The notes beneath the pieces are model-generated. The model was not told the origin of the DNA. It saw only the letters and a program-made list of their open reading frames with translations, and did not search any database. From a bacterium (GTDB taxonomy: Bacteria; SZUA-182; DTGQ01; JAFGSM01), in assembly GCA_049472335.1 (NCBI GenBank), contig JBLIRO010000025.1, forward strand, positions 1 through 61,276: a DNA stretch of 61,276 nt, in the 5' to 3' direction. The translations under genes and the position numbers were made by a program. This document shows, piece after piece, positions 39,714 through 50,475 of this stretch. Numbering within the stretch: the first letter of the stretch is position 1; the number at the start of each line of letters is the position of its first letter.

Positions 39714-39898
39714 AATTTTCCCCCTTAAATCATTTTTATTTTTTTATCTAGCACAAATTATATCATTAAGAAGATTAAAGGAAGATTAAAATAAAATTAA
39801 AATTTTTTAATCTTATAACTGGCAAGCAAAATGGTAGAAAATTATCAAAGGATTATATTGGTATTACCTGCCAGAGTTCCTTAGCAAAGAAAGTCTAT

Positions 39899-39927
39899 GT
39901 TTAGGGCCATTAAAAAGGCCCCTAAAC
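39899..39927 (-). terminator. Hairpin after fba (probable terminator)
   Basis: GTTTAGGGCC (39899-39908) / GGCCCCTAAAC (39917-39927) with a one-base bulge. Confidence 0.5.
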
Positions 39928-39969
39928 TGCAAAAAATTTTTCTGGCTTTAATCTGAAAACCTTTTTATT

Positions 39970-41358
39970 TCAGGCAGTAAAAGACTTAGGCATTGGTTTT
40001 TCTACCTCTTTTGGTTTCACATACTTAGCGATCAATTCTTTGGTATTGACAACGCCTAATTTGTGGAAAAGGAAATCAAATGTGCTTTCAAGTTTTTCAC
40101 TAATGGGTTTTAGGTTTTCCTTAGGCAGATCGAGTAACTGCTTTTTAAAAGGCCCGAATCCCTTCTTTCTTGTTTTATATATAAACTGATCCTCTGTCCA
40201 CCCTTCTTTCCATTCGCCTGACAATTCACTTTTAAGCCAGGAATATATCTGGTCCCTCAATTCACTTGGCAGGGCAGGGTGATCATAAATTATGTTTTGA
40301 AATCCAGTCGCGAGATGTACCTCCGCAGTCTCTGTTTCGGGAAATCTATGAAAGGCCTCGTCCGGGAGGGTAGATGCGCCATGCTGCACTGCCCCGCTCA
40401 TTTTAAACTCTTCCCTGGCAATCTTTGATAATGTTGCAAGGGTATCAAAATCCAGATTAACTTTGGCAATGCTTCCGTCAGGAAGGACTACCCCGCCGTG
40501 AGAAGTGCCAGTCTGAACGCTTATTTTACTGAGGCCTGTCATCCCTGAATTCAGATCATCATTATAGCCCTGCATAAAGGCCCTTAATTCTTCAGGAGTG
40601 CTGTTCTTCTTGCCGACCTCTCCGATTTCTCCCCCAACGGATACGGTAATTCCCTCAGGCTCGAGTTCACGGATATATTTTGTCAATGCTGCAGCAACCT
40701 CAAAGTTGTTTTCCTGTTGTTCCAGTATGGTTGATTGAGAAAGGTCAACCAGGGTGGAGCTGTCGATATCAATATTATAGAATCCGGCATCTATAGCCTC
40801 TTTAATAAGGGATTTCAACCCGTCCAATTCTTTGTCCGGTTCCTTAAAGTAGCTGGATGCCTTTGCCTGAAAATGATCCCCCTGAATGAAGACAGGGCCG
40901 GAGAAACCCTCTTTTATAGCCGCGGCAAGGCAAATGGTTGCATATTCCATAGGCCGCTGTTTTGTATATCCTATCTCTGATTTGGCTATCTCAAATATAA
41001 ATGCCCCTGTATTATTTTTAATGGCTGTCCTGATAATAGCCCTGGCCACAAGATAGGTCAGACCTCTGATGTTTATCGCAGGGACTGTAAGTCCGCTATA
41101 GGCACCTTTCCCTCTTGACTCATAAAAATCATGGATAGAGGAAGGATAAATTCCAAGTTCTTTTGCAGAATTCCAAACGATATACGAAATGGCCTCTCTT
41201 ATCTCCTGGTTATCCGATAAGCACATGTTATATGCCAATTCGTCTATAATCTCCGCCCTCAGTTTCTTGATATCGGTGATCTGAAGGGCATCTTTTTTGA
41301 TATCCATGCAGCCTTTAACAGAAGAAAGAAGTTCGTTTAGAGAATTATATGTTTTCAT
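39970..41358 (-). CDS. fba: Class II fructose-bisphosphate aldolase (long form)
   Basis: TVPAINIR, FEIAKSE, QGDHFQ, GGEIGEVG, GTSHGG, VQHGASTLP, EVHLATG; start at ATG 41358 with SD GGGGGA. Confidence 0.88.
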   Translation of the reverse strand: MKTYNSLNELLSSVKGCMDIKKDALQITDIKKLRAEIIDELAYNMCLSDNQEIREAISYIVWNSAKELGIYPSSIHDFYESRGKGAYSGLTVPAINIRGLTYLVARAIIRTAIKNNTGAFIFEIAKSEIGYTKQRPMEYATICLAAAIKEGFSGPVFIQGDHFQAKASSYFKEPDKELDGLKSLIKEAIDAGFYNIDIDSSTLVDLSQSTILEQQENNFEVAAALTKYIRELEPEGITVSVGGEIGEVGKKNSTPEELRAFMQGYNDDLNSGMTGLSKISVQTGTSHGGVVLPDGSIAKVNLDFDTLATLSKIAREEFKMSGAVQHGASTLPDEAFHRFPETETAEVHLATGFQNIIYDHPALPSELRDQIYSWLKSELSGEWKEGWTEDQFIYKTRKKGFGPFKKQLLDLPKENLKPISEKLESTFDFLFHKLGVVNTKELIAKYVKPKEVEKPMPKSFTA

Positions 41359-41508
41359 TTGCTGTCCCCCATTTTTGATTTTCAGGATTTTGTTTGTCAA
41401 TTATAGTATTAAATCTATTTACAGTAATTATTATTTCAAAAATTTTAGCCCTTTTATCATCGATTTTCAAGGGCCATTGTGTTTTTTCTATAAATGCCAA
41501 ATAAACAT

Positions 41509-42279
41509 TTATACCTCTATCCTGTTAGAAGTCCTTAGCCGCCAATACAGGTAAACACCTATTAAGAAAATCATAATGCTGAATCCCTGTGTCAGATTCA
41601 GCGGTCCTATTAAATGTATTTTTAAATCACCCCTGAAAAATTCGAGGAAGAACCTTGCCATAGAGTACATACAGAAATAAAGACAAAGGACCTGACCATT
41701 AAATTGTTTCTTTTTCCTTACGAAAAAGAAAAGTATGCAAAAGATAATAAGGTTGGCAATCGAATGGTACAACTGTGTAGGATGGAGAGATACGCCTCTC
41801 ATTGCGATAGTATAGGGATTATTGAATGTTACCGCCCAGGGCAGTTCCGTTGGCCTGCCATAGCAGCACCCGGACATAAAACATCCCACTCTGCCAATGG
41901 CCTGGGCAAGAACCAGCGGAGGAGCCAGCACATCCAATGTCTTCCAGAATGGCAATCTATACCTTTTCAGGAAAAAAATGGTTGACAGTATGCCGCCCAG
42001 GATGCCACCATAAAAAACCAATCCTCCTTCCCATAGCATGAATATTTTTAATGGAGACGCGATAAATTCCGATGGATTTATCAATATATACATTATCCTT
42101 GAACCGATTATGCCGGACAAAATTCCATAAAATCCAAGGTCCGCAAGTTTTGTAGTATCCAGCCCTTCTGTCTTTGCCGTATTATATAAAAGCAGGGTTG
42201 CAGCCACGAATGCCACTGCAAGCGCAAGACCATAGGTATAGAATGTAAGTGGGCCTACTTTAAAAAGAATGGGATGCAT
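41509..42279 (-). CDS. lgt: Prolipoprotein diacylglyceryl transferase
   Basis: WEGGLVFYGG, AIGRVGCFMSGCCYG, HPTQLY, RFFLEFFRGD. Confidence 0.96.
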   Translation of the reverse strand: MHPILFKVGPLTFYTYGLALAVAFVAATLLLYNTAKTEGLDTTKLADLGFYGILSGIIGSRIMYILINPSEFIASPLKIFMLWEGGLVFYGGILGGILSTIFFLKRYRLPFWKTLDVLAPPLVLAQAIGRVGCFMSGCCYGRPTELPWAVTFNNPYTIAMRGVSLHPTQLYHSIANLIIFCILFFFVRKKKQFNGQVLCLYFCMYSMARFFLEFFRGDLKIHLIGPLNLTQGFSIMIFLIGVYLYWRLRTSNRIEV

Positions 42280-42285
42280 GTGGCT

Positions 42286-42903
42286 TCAACTCCCCGGCCT
42301 TTTCTGGGTATTCAGTATATTCTTCAATAATGCATCCAATTGATGATCATGTGGCCTCACCTTTTTGGCCCTTAAAAGTATCTCTTTTGCCAGGTCTGTT
42401 TTTTTTTGGATAATAAGGATTTGAGCAAGCAACATATATGGTTGTAATTGGGATGGGTCCTTTAGGATTGCCTTATCCAGGAATTGCCTGGAAAAATCGA
42501 ATTTTTCCAGGCAATAATAACACAGTCCAAGATTATAGGCCAATCCCCAGGTAAGCTCTCCGTGTTCTAAAGCCCGATTAAAAGAATCCAGGGCCGAAAG
42601 AATATCTTTCTTTGTAAGGTATATAACTCCCTGGAAAAATAAGGATAAAGGATCTTCAGGATCGATCTGAACGGCCTTTTGAATGTATTTTTGAGCTTGG
42701 TCCAGATCTCCGTGCTGATGATATATATCAGCCAGGTCCCTACAAGCCGGCAGATAATCATCCTTCATTTCGAGAGATCTTTGAAGATAGCGAATCGCTT
42801 TGATCCATTTTCCGGCCTTAAGGTTATCCTGGGCCTTGAAATAAAACCTTTTTGCCTCACGAATACCTCTATGTCTATCTTTGGTAAGAAATATCTCGGA
42901 CAT
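42286..42903 (-). CDS. Tetratricopeptide-repeat protein
   Basis: Repeated helical pattern (LADIYHQHGDLDQA..IQKAVQIDP; AYNLGLCYY). Confidence 0.85.
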   Translation of the reverse strand: MSEIFLTKDRHRGIREAKRFYFKAQDNLKAGKWIKAIRYLQRSLEMKDDYLPACRDLADIYHQHGDLDQAQKYIQKAVQIDPEDPLSLFFQGVIYLTKKDILSALDSFNRALEHGELTWGLAYNLGLCYYCLEKFDFSRQFLDKAILKDPSQLQPYMLLAQILIIQKKTDLAKEILLRAKKVRPHDHQLDALLKNILNTQKRPGS

Positions 42904-43405
42904 CTCTCTTTTTTAAAAGGTCTAAAAACACAAGTCCCAGACCTATACAAATGGATATATCCGCCACATTAAAAGCAGGCCAGTGATAGCTTCCAAGATA
43001 AAAATCCAGGAAATCGATAACCATGCCCCATCTGAGTCTATCTAAAAGATTTCCAATAGCTCCGCCTAATAAAAATGCGATCCCGAAACGTGTCATATGG
43101 GCACGATCTGATTTCCAATAAATAATCAATAAAACCAATACTGCTACAAAGGAAAAACTGATAAAAATAATCCCTCTCAAAAGTGAAGGGAGGGAAGACC
43201 ACAAGCCAAAGGCGCCGCCCTTATTCAAAACATAGACAAGGTTAAAAAAGCCGGGGACAATGGGTAAACTCCGGAACGGATTCATAAGGCTTCGTACCAT
43301 ATATTTTGTAAGCTGATCCAGAATCAGGACAAAAGAAAAGATGACAAGGACCTTTACATGAGTGCACTCTATATGATTTTTTATCACGAAATCACGGTCC
43401 TGCAT
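42875..43405 (-). CDS. lspA: Lipoprotein signal peptidase
   Basis: LDQLTK, NKGGAFG, GGAIGNLLDR, VIDF, WPAFNVAD. Confidence 0.96.
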   Translation of the reverse strand: MQDRDFVIKNHIECTHVKVLVIFSFVLILDQLTKYMVRSLMNPFRSLPIVPGFFNLVYVLNKGGAFGLWSSLPSLLRGIIFISFSFVAVLVLLIIYWKSDRAHMTRFGIAFLLGGAIGNLLDRLRWGMVIDFLDFYLGSYHWPAFNVADISICIGLGLVFLDLLKKRDVRDISYQR

Positions 43406-46185
43406 CTTTTACAAAGGGAAGGATGTTCTTCAGCCTCTCCTACAGTCAAACTGTATTGCCAGCAACGCTCGCATTTCTTTCCGGGCGCTTTACTGATGGA
43501 AACTCCAAGCCCGGGCAGTTCAGTGTTGACATAAACCTCCGAAACGGAAGAAGCATCCTGTTTCGAGATCTTTATACTTGAAACTATCAGAATGTTTTTA
43601 AGAACCTCTATATATGAAGACAAAAAACTATATAAATCCTCTTCACTGGTAAAAAGGCTTACCTCCGCATCGAGTGAATGCCCTATCTCTTTTTTTGACC
43701 TTGCCTTCTCAATAAATTTTGATACTTCCCCTCTGATTTCTATAAGTTTTTCCCAACGTTCAGCCAGTTGAGCATCCTGAAGCTTGTTGTTGAAATCAGG
43801 GAATTTGGCCATATGTACGCTTTCCTCTTTTTTCAGGCCCTGAGGAAGATATTTCCATACCTCATCCGAAGTAAAGACCAGAATCGGAGACATAAGAAGA
43901 TTCATTTCAAATAATAATTCATATATGGTAGACTGGGCAGACCTTCGCGTAGTATCGGTTTTTCTTGATGTGTAGAGACGATCCTTGGATATATCAAGAT
44001 ATAAGGAACTCAAATCCACAACGCAAAACTGATGCAGGGTATGGAAACAAATATGGAATTGATAAGATTTATAGCCATTGATCAGTCTTTTTTTAATCCA
44101 CTGAAAACGATGAATAATCCACCTGTCCAGCTCATCTCTTTGCGTTAGGGGAACCGTATCCGTTTCAGGATTGAAATCATAAAGGTTGCCCAGAATAAAG
44201 CGGCAGGTATTTCTAATCCTCCTATACGCCTCTGCCAGCCTGGTTAAAATATCATTGGAAATGCGTATATCATCATTATAATCCTCTGCCGCTACCCATA
44301 ATCGCAATATCTCAGCACCATAACGATCTATGACCTTCTGAGGCTTTATAACATTGCCAGCAGACTTGGACATCTTTTTTCCCTCTCCATCCACTACAAA
44401 ACCATGGGTCAATACCGATTTATAGGGTGCTCTGCCATGGGTTTCGACACCTATAAGGATTGAGCTGTGAAACCATCCGCGATGCTGATCACTTCCTTCA
44501 AGATAAAGGTCAGCCGGCCACTGCATGCCTTGACGTTTTTCCAGGACTGCGGCATGACTCACTCCTGACTCAAACCAGACATCGAGTATGTCCGTCTCCT
44601 TTGTAAATCGATCATGACAGCATTTGGGGCATTTTAGATCCGAAGGTGCCAAATCTTCCACAGGTTTTATAAACCAGATATCCACGCCCTCCTTTTCAAC
44701 TTGTCCGGCTATTTTTTCAATCAAATCTGCGTCTAAAACCGGTTCTTCACAGGATGCGCAATAAAGAATCACCAGGGGGACCCCCCAGGACCTTTGTCTG
44801 GATATACACCAATCCGGACGATTTTCAATCATCCCCGTTATCCTGTTTTCACCCCATTTGGGGATCCATCGTGCTTTTCGGATTTCACTCAGGGCCCTCT
44901 TCCGCAGATCATCTTTGTCCATGGATATAAACCATTGCGCAGTAGCTCTGAAAATTACCGGAGATTTACATCTCCAACAATGCGGATACGAATGGGATGT
45001 CTTTTCCTGATGCAGAAGTGTCCCGCCGGTTGACATCCTTTCAATGATTGCACCATTGGCATCAAAGACATTTAATCCAGCAAAACCTTCTACATCTTTT
45101 GTGAAATTGCCTCTATCATCTACCGGGGCATATATATCAAGACCATATTGTAATCCGACCTCGTAGTCCTCCTGACCATGGCCAGGTGCGATGTGCACAC
45201 AACCGGAGCCCTGATCGAGGGTGACGAAAGGAGCCAGAATTATTCTGGATCTTCTGTTAATAAAAGGGTGCAGGCAGATTTTACCTTCAAGTTTTTTTCC
45301 GTGAAATGTTTCGATTATCTTATAATCTGAATCCGCTGCCCCCATTTTTTTCATAACATCCGGAAGCAACTCGTTGGCCATGATATAATATTTATTTCCA
45401 TGCCGGACAAGAACATAATTCATGTCAGGATGAAGCGCAACAGCCAGATTGGCCGGAAGCGTCCATGGAGTGGTAGTCCAAATAATAATCCAGGTATGCT
45501 CCATGTCTATTTCCGGTCCGAAATCCTTTACAGAATTGTCCATCCGAAACTTTACATATACGGAGGGAGAAACATGCTCCATATATTCCACTTCTGCTTC
45601 GGCCAGCGCGGTTTGGCAGGAAGGACACCAGTGAACGGGTTTAAATCCCTTATAGACCAGTCCGGAACGAACAAATTGGGCAAATTCCCTTACAATTGTT
45701 GCCTCATATTCACTATCCATTGTCAGATATGGCATGTTCCAATCCCCGAATACACCAAGACGTTTAAATTCGGACTTCTGAATCTCAACAAACCCTGCAG
45801 CATATTCTCTGCATTTTCTCCTGATCTGATTGATGTCCATGTTTTCTTTTTTCTCGCCCAGCTCTTTATCAACCTGATGCTCGATAGGCAAACCATGACA
45901 ATCCCATCCGGGGATAAACATGGCCTGAAACCCTGCCATGGTCTTTGATTTTATGATTATGTCCTTAAGAATCTTATTCAAGGCATGCCCCATATGAATA
46001 TGTCCATTGGCATAAGGAGGACCATCATGTAAGATAAACTTGGATAAAGACTTCCCCTTTTCCTTGATTTTTTCGTAGAGACGCGTCTCTTCCCAGTATG
46101 TCAAAAATTCTTTTTCTCTTTGATTTAGATTGGCCTTCATCGGAAATTCAGTCTGAGGCAAATTTAAGGTAGATTTATAATCCAT
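43384..46185 (-). CDS. ileS: Isoleucine--tRNA ligase (type 1)
   Basis: HDGPPYANGHIHMGH, GWDCHGLPIE, DWCISRQR, KMSKS, C-terminal zinc finger KCERCW...LCKRC. Confidence 0.98.
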   Translation of the reverse strand: MDYKSTLNLPQTEFPMKANLNQREKEFLTYWEETRLYEKIKEKGKSLSKFILHDGPPYANGHIHMGHALNKILKDIIIKSKTMAGFQAMFIPGWDCHGLPIEHQVDKELGEKKENMDINQIRRKCREYAAGFVEIQKSEFKRLGVFGDWNMPYLTMDSEYEATIVREFAQFVRSGLVYKGFKPVHWCPSCQTALAEAEVEYMEHVSPSVYVKFRMDNSVKDFGPEIDMEHTWIIIWTTTPWTLPANLAVALHPDMNYVLVRHGNKYYIMANELLPDVMKKMGAADSDYKIIETFHGKKLEGKICLHPFINRRSRIILAPFVTLDQGSGCVHIAPGHGQEDYEVGLQYGLDIYAPVDDRGNFTKDVEGFAGLNVFDANGAIIERMSTGGTLLHQEKTSHSYPHCWRCKSPVIFRATAQWFISMDKDDLRKRALSEIRKARWIPKWGENRITGMIENRPDWCISRQRSWGVPLVILYCASCEEPVLDADLIEKIAGQVEKEGVDIWFIKPVEDLAPSDLKCPKCCHDRFTKETDILDVWFESGVSHAAVLEKRQGMQWPADLYLEGSDQHRGWFHSSILIGVETHGRAPYKSVLTHGFVVDGEGKKMSKSAGNVIKPQKVIDRYGAEILRLWVAAEDYNDDIRISNDILTRLAEAYRRIRNTCRFILGNLYDFNPETDTVPLTQRDELDRWIIHRFQWIKKRLINGYKSYQFHICFHTLHQFCVVDLSSLYLDISKDRLYTSRKTDTTRRSAQSTIYELLFEMNLLMSPILVFTSDEVWKYLPQGLKKEESVHMAKFPDFNNKLQDAQLAERWEKLIEIRGEVSKFIEKARSKKEIGHSLDAEVSLFTSEEDLYSFLSSYIEVLKNILIVSSIKISKQDASSVSEVYVNTELPGLGVSISKAPGKKCERCWQYSLTVGEAEEHPSLCKRCRTVIS

Positions 46186-46304
46186 CTGGAACTCCCAAAA
46201 AGAAATTTACAAAATGTTTTTTTAAATAATTATTTTATAAACAGTTTATCCATAAAGAGTTAAATTATCATTTGTAGTCTGTTATGTCAAGACTAACTAT
46301 ATAC

Positions 46305-46334
46305 TTGAAATTCAGAAAAGTTTTTTATTATAAT
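46305..46334 (+). promoter_or_regulatory. Sigma-70-like promoter abutting the start codon of the FAD oxidoreductase
   Basis: TTGAAA 46305-46310, 18 bp, TATAAT 46329-46334, ATG at 46340. Confidence 0.5.
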
Positions 46335-46339
46335 TATTT

Positions 46340-47455
46340 ATGGATGAAGTTAGAATAACAATAATTGGCGCAGGTGTCATTGGTTTATCAATAGCTGCCG
46401 AATTATCCAAAAAATTTTCTGATATTTTCATTATCGAAAAAAATGATAATTTCGGACAGGAAACCAGCAGCCGCAATAGCGAAATAATTCATGCGGGTAT
46501 CTACTATCCTAATGATTCATTAAAATTTAAACTTTGCAGGGAGGGATCAGCGTATCTATACGAAACCTGTAAAAAGGCTTCCATCCCTTGTAAACAAATC
46601 GGAAAAATAATAATAGCAACAGAAGAGGCCGAATTATCCCCTTTGGAAAAACTGTTTAAAAAAGGCAAATCAAACGGTTTAGATGAATTAAAACTGCTTG
46701 ACAAGAATGATATCAAAAAAATCGAGCCAGGGACAAATGCAATTGCCGGAATTTATTCACCAAGAACAGGAATCATTGATTCTCATACCTTGATGAAACA
46801 TTTTGTAACAATGGCAAAAAGCAATGGGGTTGAAATCGTCTATCAAAGCGAGGTCAATTTCTTAAGCAAGGAAAATGGAAAATTTCTCATTGGATTGAAA
46901 CAGGATGAATATCTTTTCAAATCAAAAATAGTCATAAATTGTGCAGGATTGTTTTCTGACAAGATTGCCTCACTTATAGGACTTGATCCCGACAAACTTG
47001 GATATAGAATTCATTTCTGCAAAGGTGATTACTTTTGCTATACAAAAGCATCTCCTGTCTCATTATTGGTTTATCCCCTGCCGGATGAATTTTGTACGGG
47101 CCTTGGTATTCACGCAACCCTGGACATGGGATCACGCCTTAGATTTGGTCCTGATGATGAATATGTCTCAGAGATCGATTATAAGGTTGATCATAATAAG
47201 GCAGATAAATTTTATAAAGCGGCTCAAAAAATAGTCCCGGGTCTTGAAAGGGATTCTATAGTTCCTGACATGTCAGGGATCAGGCCAAAAATACAAGGAC
47301 CGAATGAATCCTTTAAGGATTTTATAATAAAGAATGAATCTGAGAGAGACTTGAATGGTTTTATAAACCTTATCGGGATTGAATCTCCGGGATTAACTGC
47401 ATGTATGGCAATCGCCAGGATGGTTTCAGATATGGCGGCAACTATTTTGAATTAA
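46340..47455 (+). CDS. FAD-dependent oxidoreductase, L-2-hydroxyglutarate oxidase (LhgO)-like
   Basis: IIGAGVIG, ETSSRNSEIIHAGIYY, LGIHAT, FGPD, GIRPK, GIESPGLTAC. Confidence 0.88.
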   Translation: MDEVRITIIGAGVIGLSIAAELSKKFSDIFIIEKNDNFGQETSSRNSEIIHAGIYYPNDSLKFKLCREGSAYLYETCKKASIPCKQIGKIIIATEEAELSPLEKLFKKGKSNGLDELKLLDKNDIKKIEPGTNAIAGIYSPRTGIIDSHTLMKHFVTMAKSNGVEIVYQSEVNFLSKENGKFLIGLKQDEYLFKSKIVINCAGLFSDKIASLIGLDPDKLGYRIHFCKGDYFCYTKASPVSLLVYPLPDEFCTGLGIHATLDMGSRLRFGPDDEYVSEIDYKVDHNKADKFYKAAQKIVPGLERDSIVPDMSGIRPKIQGPNESFKDFIIKNESERDLNGFINLIGIESPGLTACMAIARMVSDMAATILN

Positions 47456-47749
47456 AAGCGAAAAGATAAGCTATTTAGCTGTGTGATATTTTTAATCGAA
47501 AATTCAGAAATAATGATTTTGACTGTTGAAACGTCTTTTTTTTAAGTATAAAAATTTCAAACTATGAAAATTTTTGACCAATTTTTGATAACATTAGGGT
47601 TTAAATGAAACATTTTCCTTTGTTTTGATATTTTAATATATACCGATTGAGTGGTAGTATAAAACAAAAAAAAGATTTTTTTTATAAATATCTTATTAAA
47701 AATCTACAAACAACACCTTCATCATACTGGTTGTTTTATATAATCGATT

Positions 47750-47765
47750 TGGCATATATCTTGCT
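47750..47765 (+). promoter_or_regulatory. Sigma-54 promoter
   Basis: TGGCATATATCTTGCT: GG-N10-GC, ~110 bp upstream of the 47877 gene. Confidence 0.8.
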
Positions 47766-47876
47766 TTATAGTCAATCATGATAAAGGAATTCATCCTAAT
47801 AAACCCTATCATTTGCAAGATTTATTTCTAAGTTTAAAAATGAATTGCTAATTTATGAAAAACTAAGGAGAAGTAG

Positions 47877-50291
47877 ATGTTTTTGTTCATATGTCCGAGG
47901 AATTATAGATTAAAAACCGAATATTTTTTTATATTCTTGGTTAATTTATTGTTTTTACTGCTGCCTTTTTTCCTGACAAATCTAATTTTTTCTGTAAGGG
48001 CGACGGCCCAAACGGGAACAATTACTGGTTACGTTTATAAATATTCAAGCACTACCACCGGTATCAAAGATGTCGTTGTTACGGCTTACGACAAAATGAA
48101 CAATCAGAAGGGATTTGCCACCACCAATAGCTCTGGAAAATATACGATAACAAATCTGGCTACGGGTGAAGATAAGGATTATTACAAAGTCTGTGCTGTT
48201 ATGAAAAACTATGTCAGAGAATGTTATCAAAAACCCGGCTCCGATGGATGTACCAAACCGGATTGTGGATTTTACTGGAAAGAAGAGGAATTAACGGACC
48301 CAACTCAAATGCTTGTTGATCTGTATACAAAGACCAGTCAATCCAATATCAATTTTTACCTTATGCAGGGAGGATCTATTTCAGGGAAAATTTATGGATC
48401 TAATTCAAATTACGCCTATAGAGTTGTACTCGAGGGGAATGTTCAATATAAAAACAGAAAACCAGTAACCTTTGAATTCTATCTCAGCAAAACAGGTAAC
48501 AATTTTTTCAACGATTCGGATTTTCTGATAATACCTCCCGGCAGCTATACACTCAGAGCTGAAGACGCTTCATCAGCCTTAAAATATTACAGCACTGTCT
48601 ACTATGATGGACAAACAGGAACCTATTATCCACAGAACGCAAAAATTTATACGTATCTGCCCAATCAAACTACTAAAAATACGGCAAATTTTTATATAAG
48701 AAAAGGTGGCATCATTTGGGGACAAGTCTTTGAGAGGTTTCAAGATGACTATGTAGGCATAAATGATGCGAAGATAACAATTACAGAAAAAAGCTATTCA
48801 TTGTCATTGAATGTGAAAACCGAAATTGAAATCGATCCTAACACCGAAACAGTATACGAAGGGGCATTCTACTTTTCAGGGCTTTCACCCGGAACATATA
48901 TCCTGAAGACTGATGATTCGTATATATTCGATGCAAATTACAGATTTTATTTACCGGAATATTATAATGACGTATATTTTGAAGATCAGGCCACACCTAT
49001 CAATATCACTGAAGCAAGCATAAATGTATCCAACTACAAGGGTTTCTATGCTCAGATCATTCTCCAGCATTGCCCAACCGTAGAGGGCTGGGTTATGGAT
49101 TATAATCCGGGTCTATGTGACACAGCACAATATAATATTCTAAATGCCCTGGAAGATATAACATTGGAAATGATACCTAGTTTTCAGGGAGAAACCATAT
49201 CTGTTCAAACCGGTTCCGACGGAAAATACCTTTTTAGGAAGGCAGATAAACTGTTGCCCGGATCATATATAATAAAAGCACGCGATAGTAGCTGCTCCTA
49301 TTTTAGCTATGAAAAAACTATTTCAATCCTGCCTAGCAAAAAATATACTGTGAACTTTTGCCTGGAAAATGTTCCGGCAGGTTCGGGCCAAATGAGCATT
49401 TCTGGTCATATCTTTCGAAATGAAGACAAAAAATACCCATTATCAAATGTCGATTTGGCGGCTGTCAACACCAATACTACTCCCTATGAATATTATTACA
49501 CCTCTACAAACTCGCAAGGCAAATTTCTATTCGATGACCTGAATTGCGGCGAATATAATCTGGTCGGAGGAGGGGATTACGAAGATCTTATAAAAGAATT
49601 ATATAAAGGCGTTTGCATCCTTGATGAGGAACAATTCGTTGAAGGGAAAAAATTTGCGGAAATTGAATCATCCGCCACAAAAATATTGATTTATCCCGGA
49701 GAAAATCTTACTGATGTTGATATAGGCCTGTCCTCCTTTAAATATACCTTTAAGAAGGGCCTTAATCTCTTCGGATATCCCGGGCTTCCTGTAGAAAAAT
49801 ATGATTATACAAATGAATTTTGTACAATGCTGGGTACTAAATTGCAGAATTTCAGAGGCAAAGATCCTGTAACGAATCAATGGTATGTAGTCACTACCTC
49901 AAATCTTCAGAGCAATCCCAAAAAACTGCGTACAGGTGATGGTTATATGATTTATATGAATAATCAAACGGGTCCCATCTTTTACCCTCCTTTTAAAATT
50001 ATGCCCCCAAAATTCTATCAATTGAAATCCGGTATAAATATCATTGCCTACCCTTCATCTCTTGAAAGGCCAATTAAAAAGTCTTCCGATCTCCTTTATA
50101 AACTTGGGACACCGGAAGAATCGGCATGTGTGAAGGCCTTTGACAACACATCCGGTAAATGGAAGGCAACGGTCTGGCTATGGAACAAACCCGGAGCGGC
50201 TGATTTTCCCATTGTTCAGGGAGAAGGGTACATTGCGGAAATGAGGGTAAACAAGGAGCTAGAATCAGATCCCCCCAATATTGCCTATTAA
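47877..50291 (+). CDS. Large secreted protein with carboxypeptidase-regulatory-like (prealbumin-fold) repeats
   Basis: Signal peptide ending RATA; repeated GTITGYV/GSISGKI/GIIWGQV...G.Y.F..L.PG.Y modules; duplicated C-terminal module. Confidence 0.8.
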   Translation: MFLFICPRNYRLKTEYFFIFLVNLLFLLLPFFLTNLIFSVRATAQTGTITGYVYKYSSTTTGIKDVVVTAYDKMNNQKGFATTNSSGKYTITNLATGEDKDYYKVCAVMKNYVRECYQKPGSDGCTKPDCGFYWKEEELTDPTQMLVDLYTKTSQSNINFYLMQGGSISGKIYGSNSNYAYRVVLEGNVQYKNRKPVTFEFYLSKTGNNFFNDSDFLIIPPGSYTLRAEDASSALKYYSTVYYDGQTGTYYPQNAKIYTYLPNQTTKNTANFYIRKGGIIWGQVFERFQDDYVGINDAKITITEKSYSLSLNVKTEIEIDPNTETVYEGAFYFSGLSPGTYILKTDDSYIFDANYRFYLPEYYNDVYFEDQATPINITEASINVSNYKGFYAQIILQHCPTVEGWVMDYNPGLCDTAQYNILNALEDITLEMIPSFQGETISVQTGSDGKYLFRKADKLLPGSYIIKARDSSCSYFSYEKTISILPSKKYTVNFCLENVPAGSGQMSISGHIFRNEDKKYPLSNVDLAAVNTNTTPYEYYYTSTNSQGKFLFDDLNCGEYNLVGGGDYEDLIKELYKGVCILDEEQFVEGKKFAEIESSATKILIYPGENLTDVDIGLSSFKYTFKKGLNLFGYPGLPVEKYDYTNEFCTMLGTKLQNFRGKDPVTNQWYVVTTSNLQSNPKKLRTGDGYMIYMNNQTGPIFYPPFKIMPPKFYQLKSGINIIAYPSSLERPIKKSSDLLYKLGTPEESACVKAFDNTSGKWKATVWLWNKPGAADFPIVQGEGYIAEMRVNKELESDPPNIAY

Positions 50292-50301
50292 CCCTAACGG
50301 T

Positions 50302-50317
50302 TGGCACGTTTTTTGCT
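50302..50317 (+). promoter_or_regulatory. Consensus sigma-54 promoter
   Basis: TGGCACGTTTTTTGCT, exact TGGCACG-N4-TTGC. Confidence 0.88.
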
Positions 50318-50475
50318 TTTTATAGGTCCATAATAGATTTATATTAACAATCGATACAACTTAGGAAACGGGATATAGAATCGGTTAAAAGGCATGATTG
50401 CCCGTTTTCTCTTTTTGTATTGGATGGATACACAGGTAATATTATAAGTTACTATTAAGTAATAACGGGGGGATT

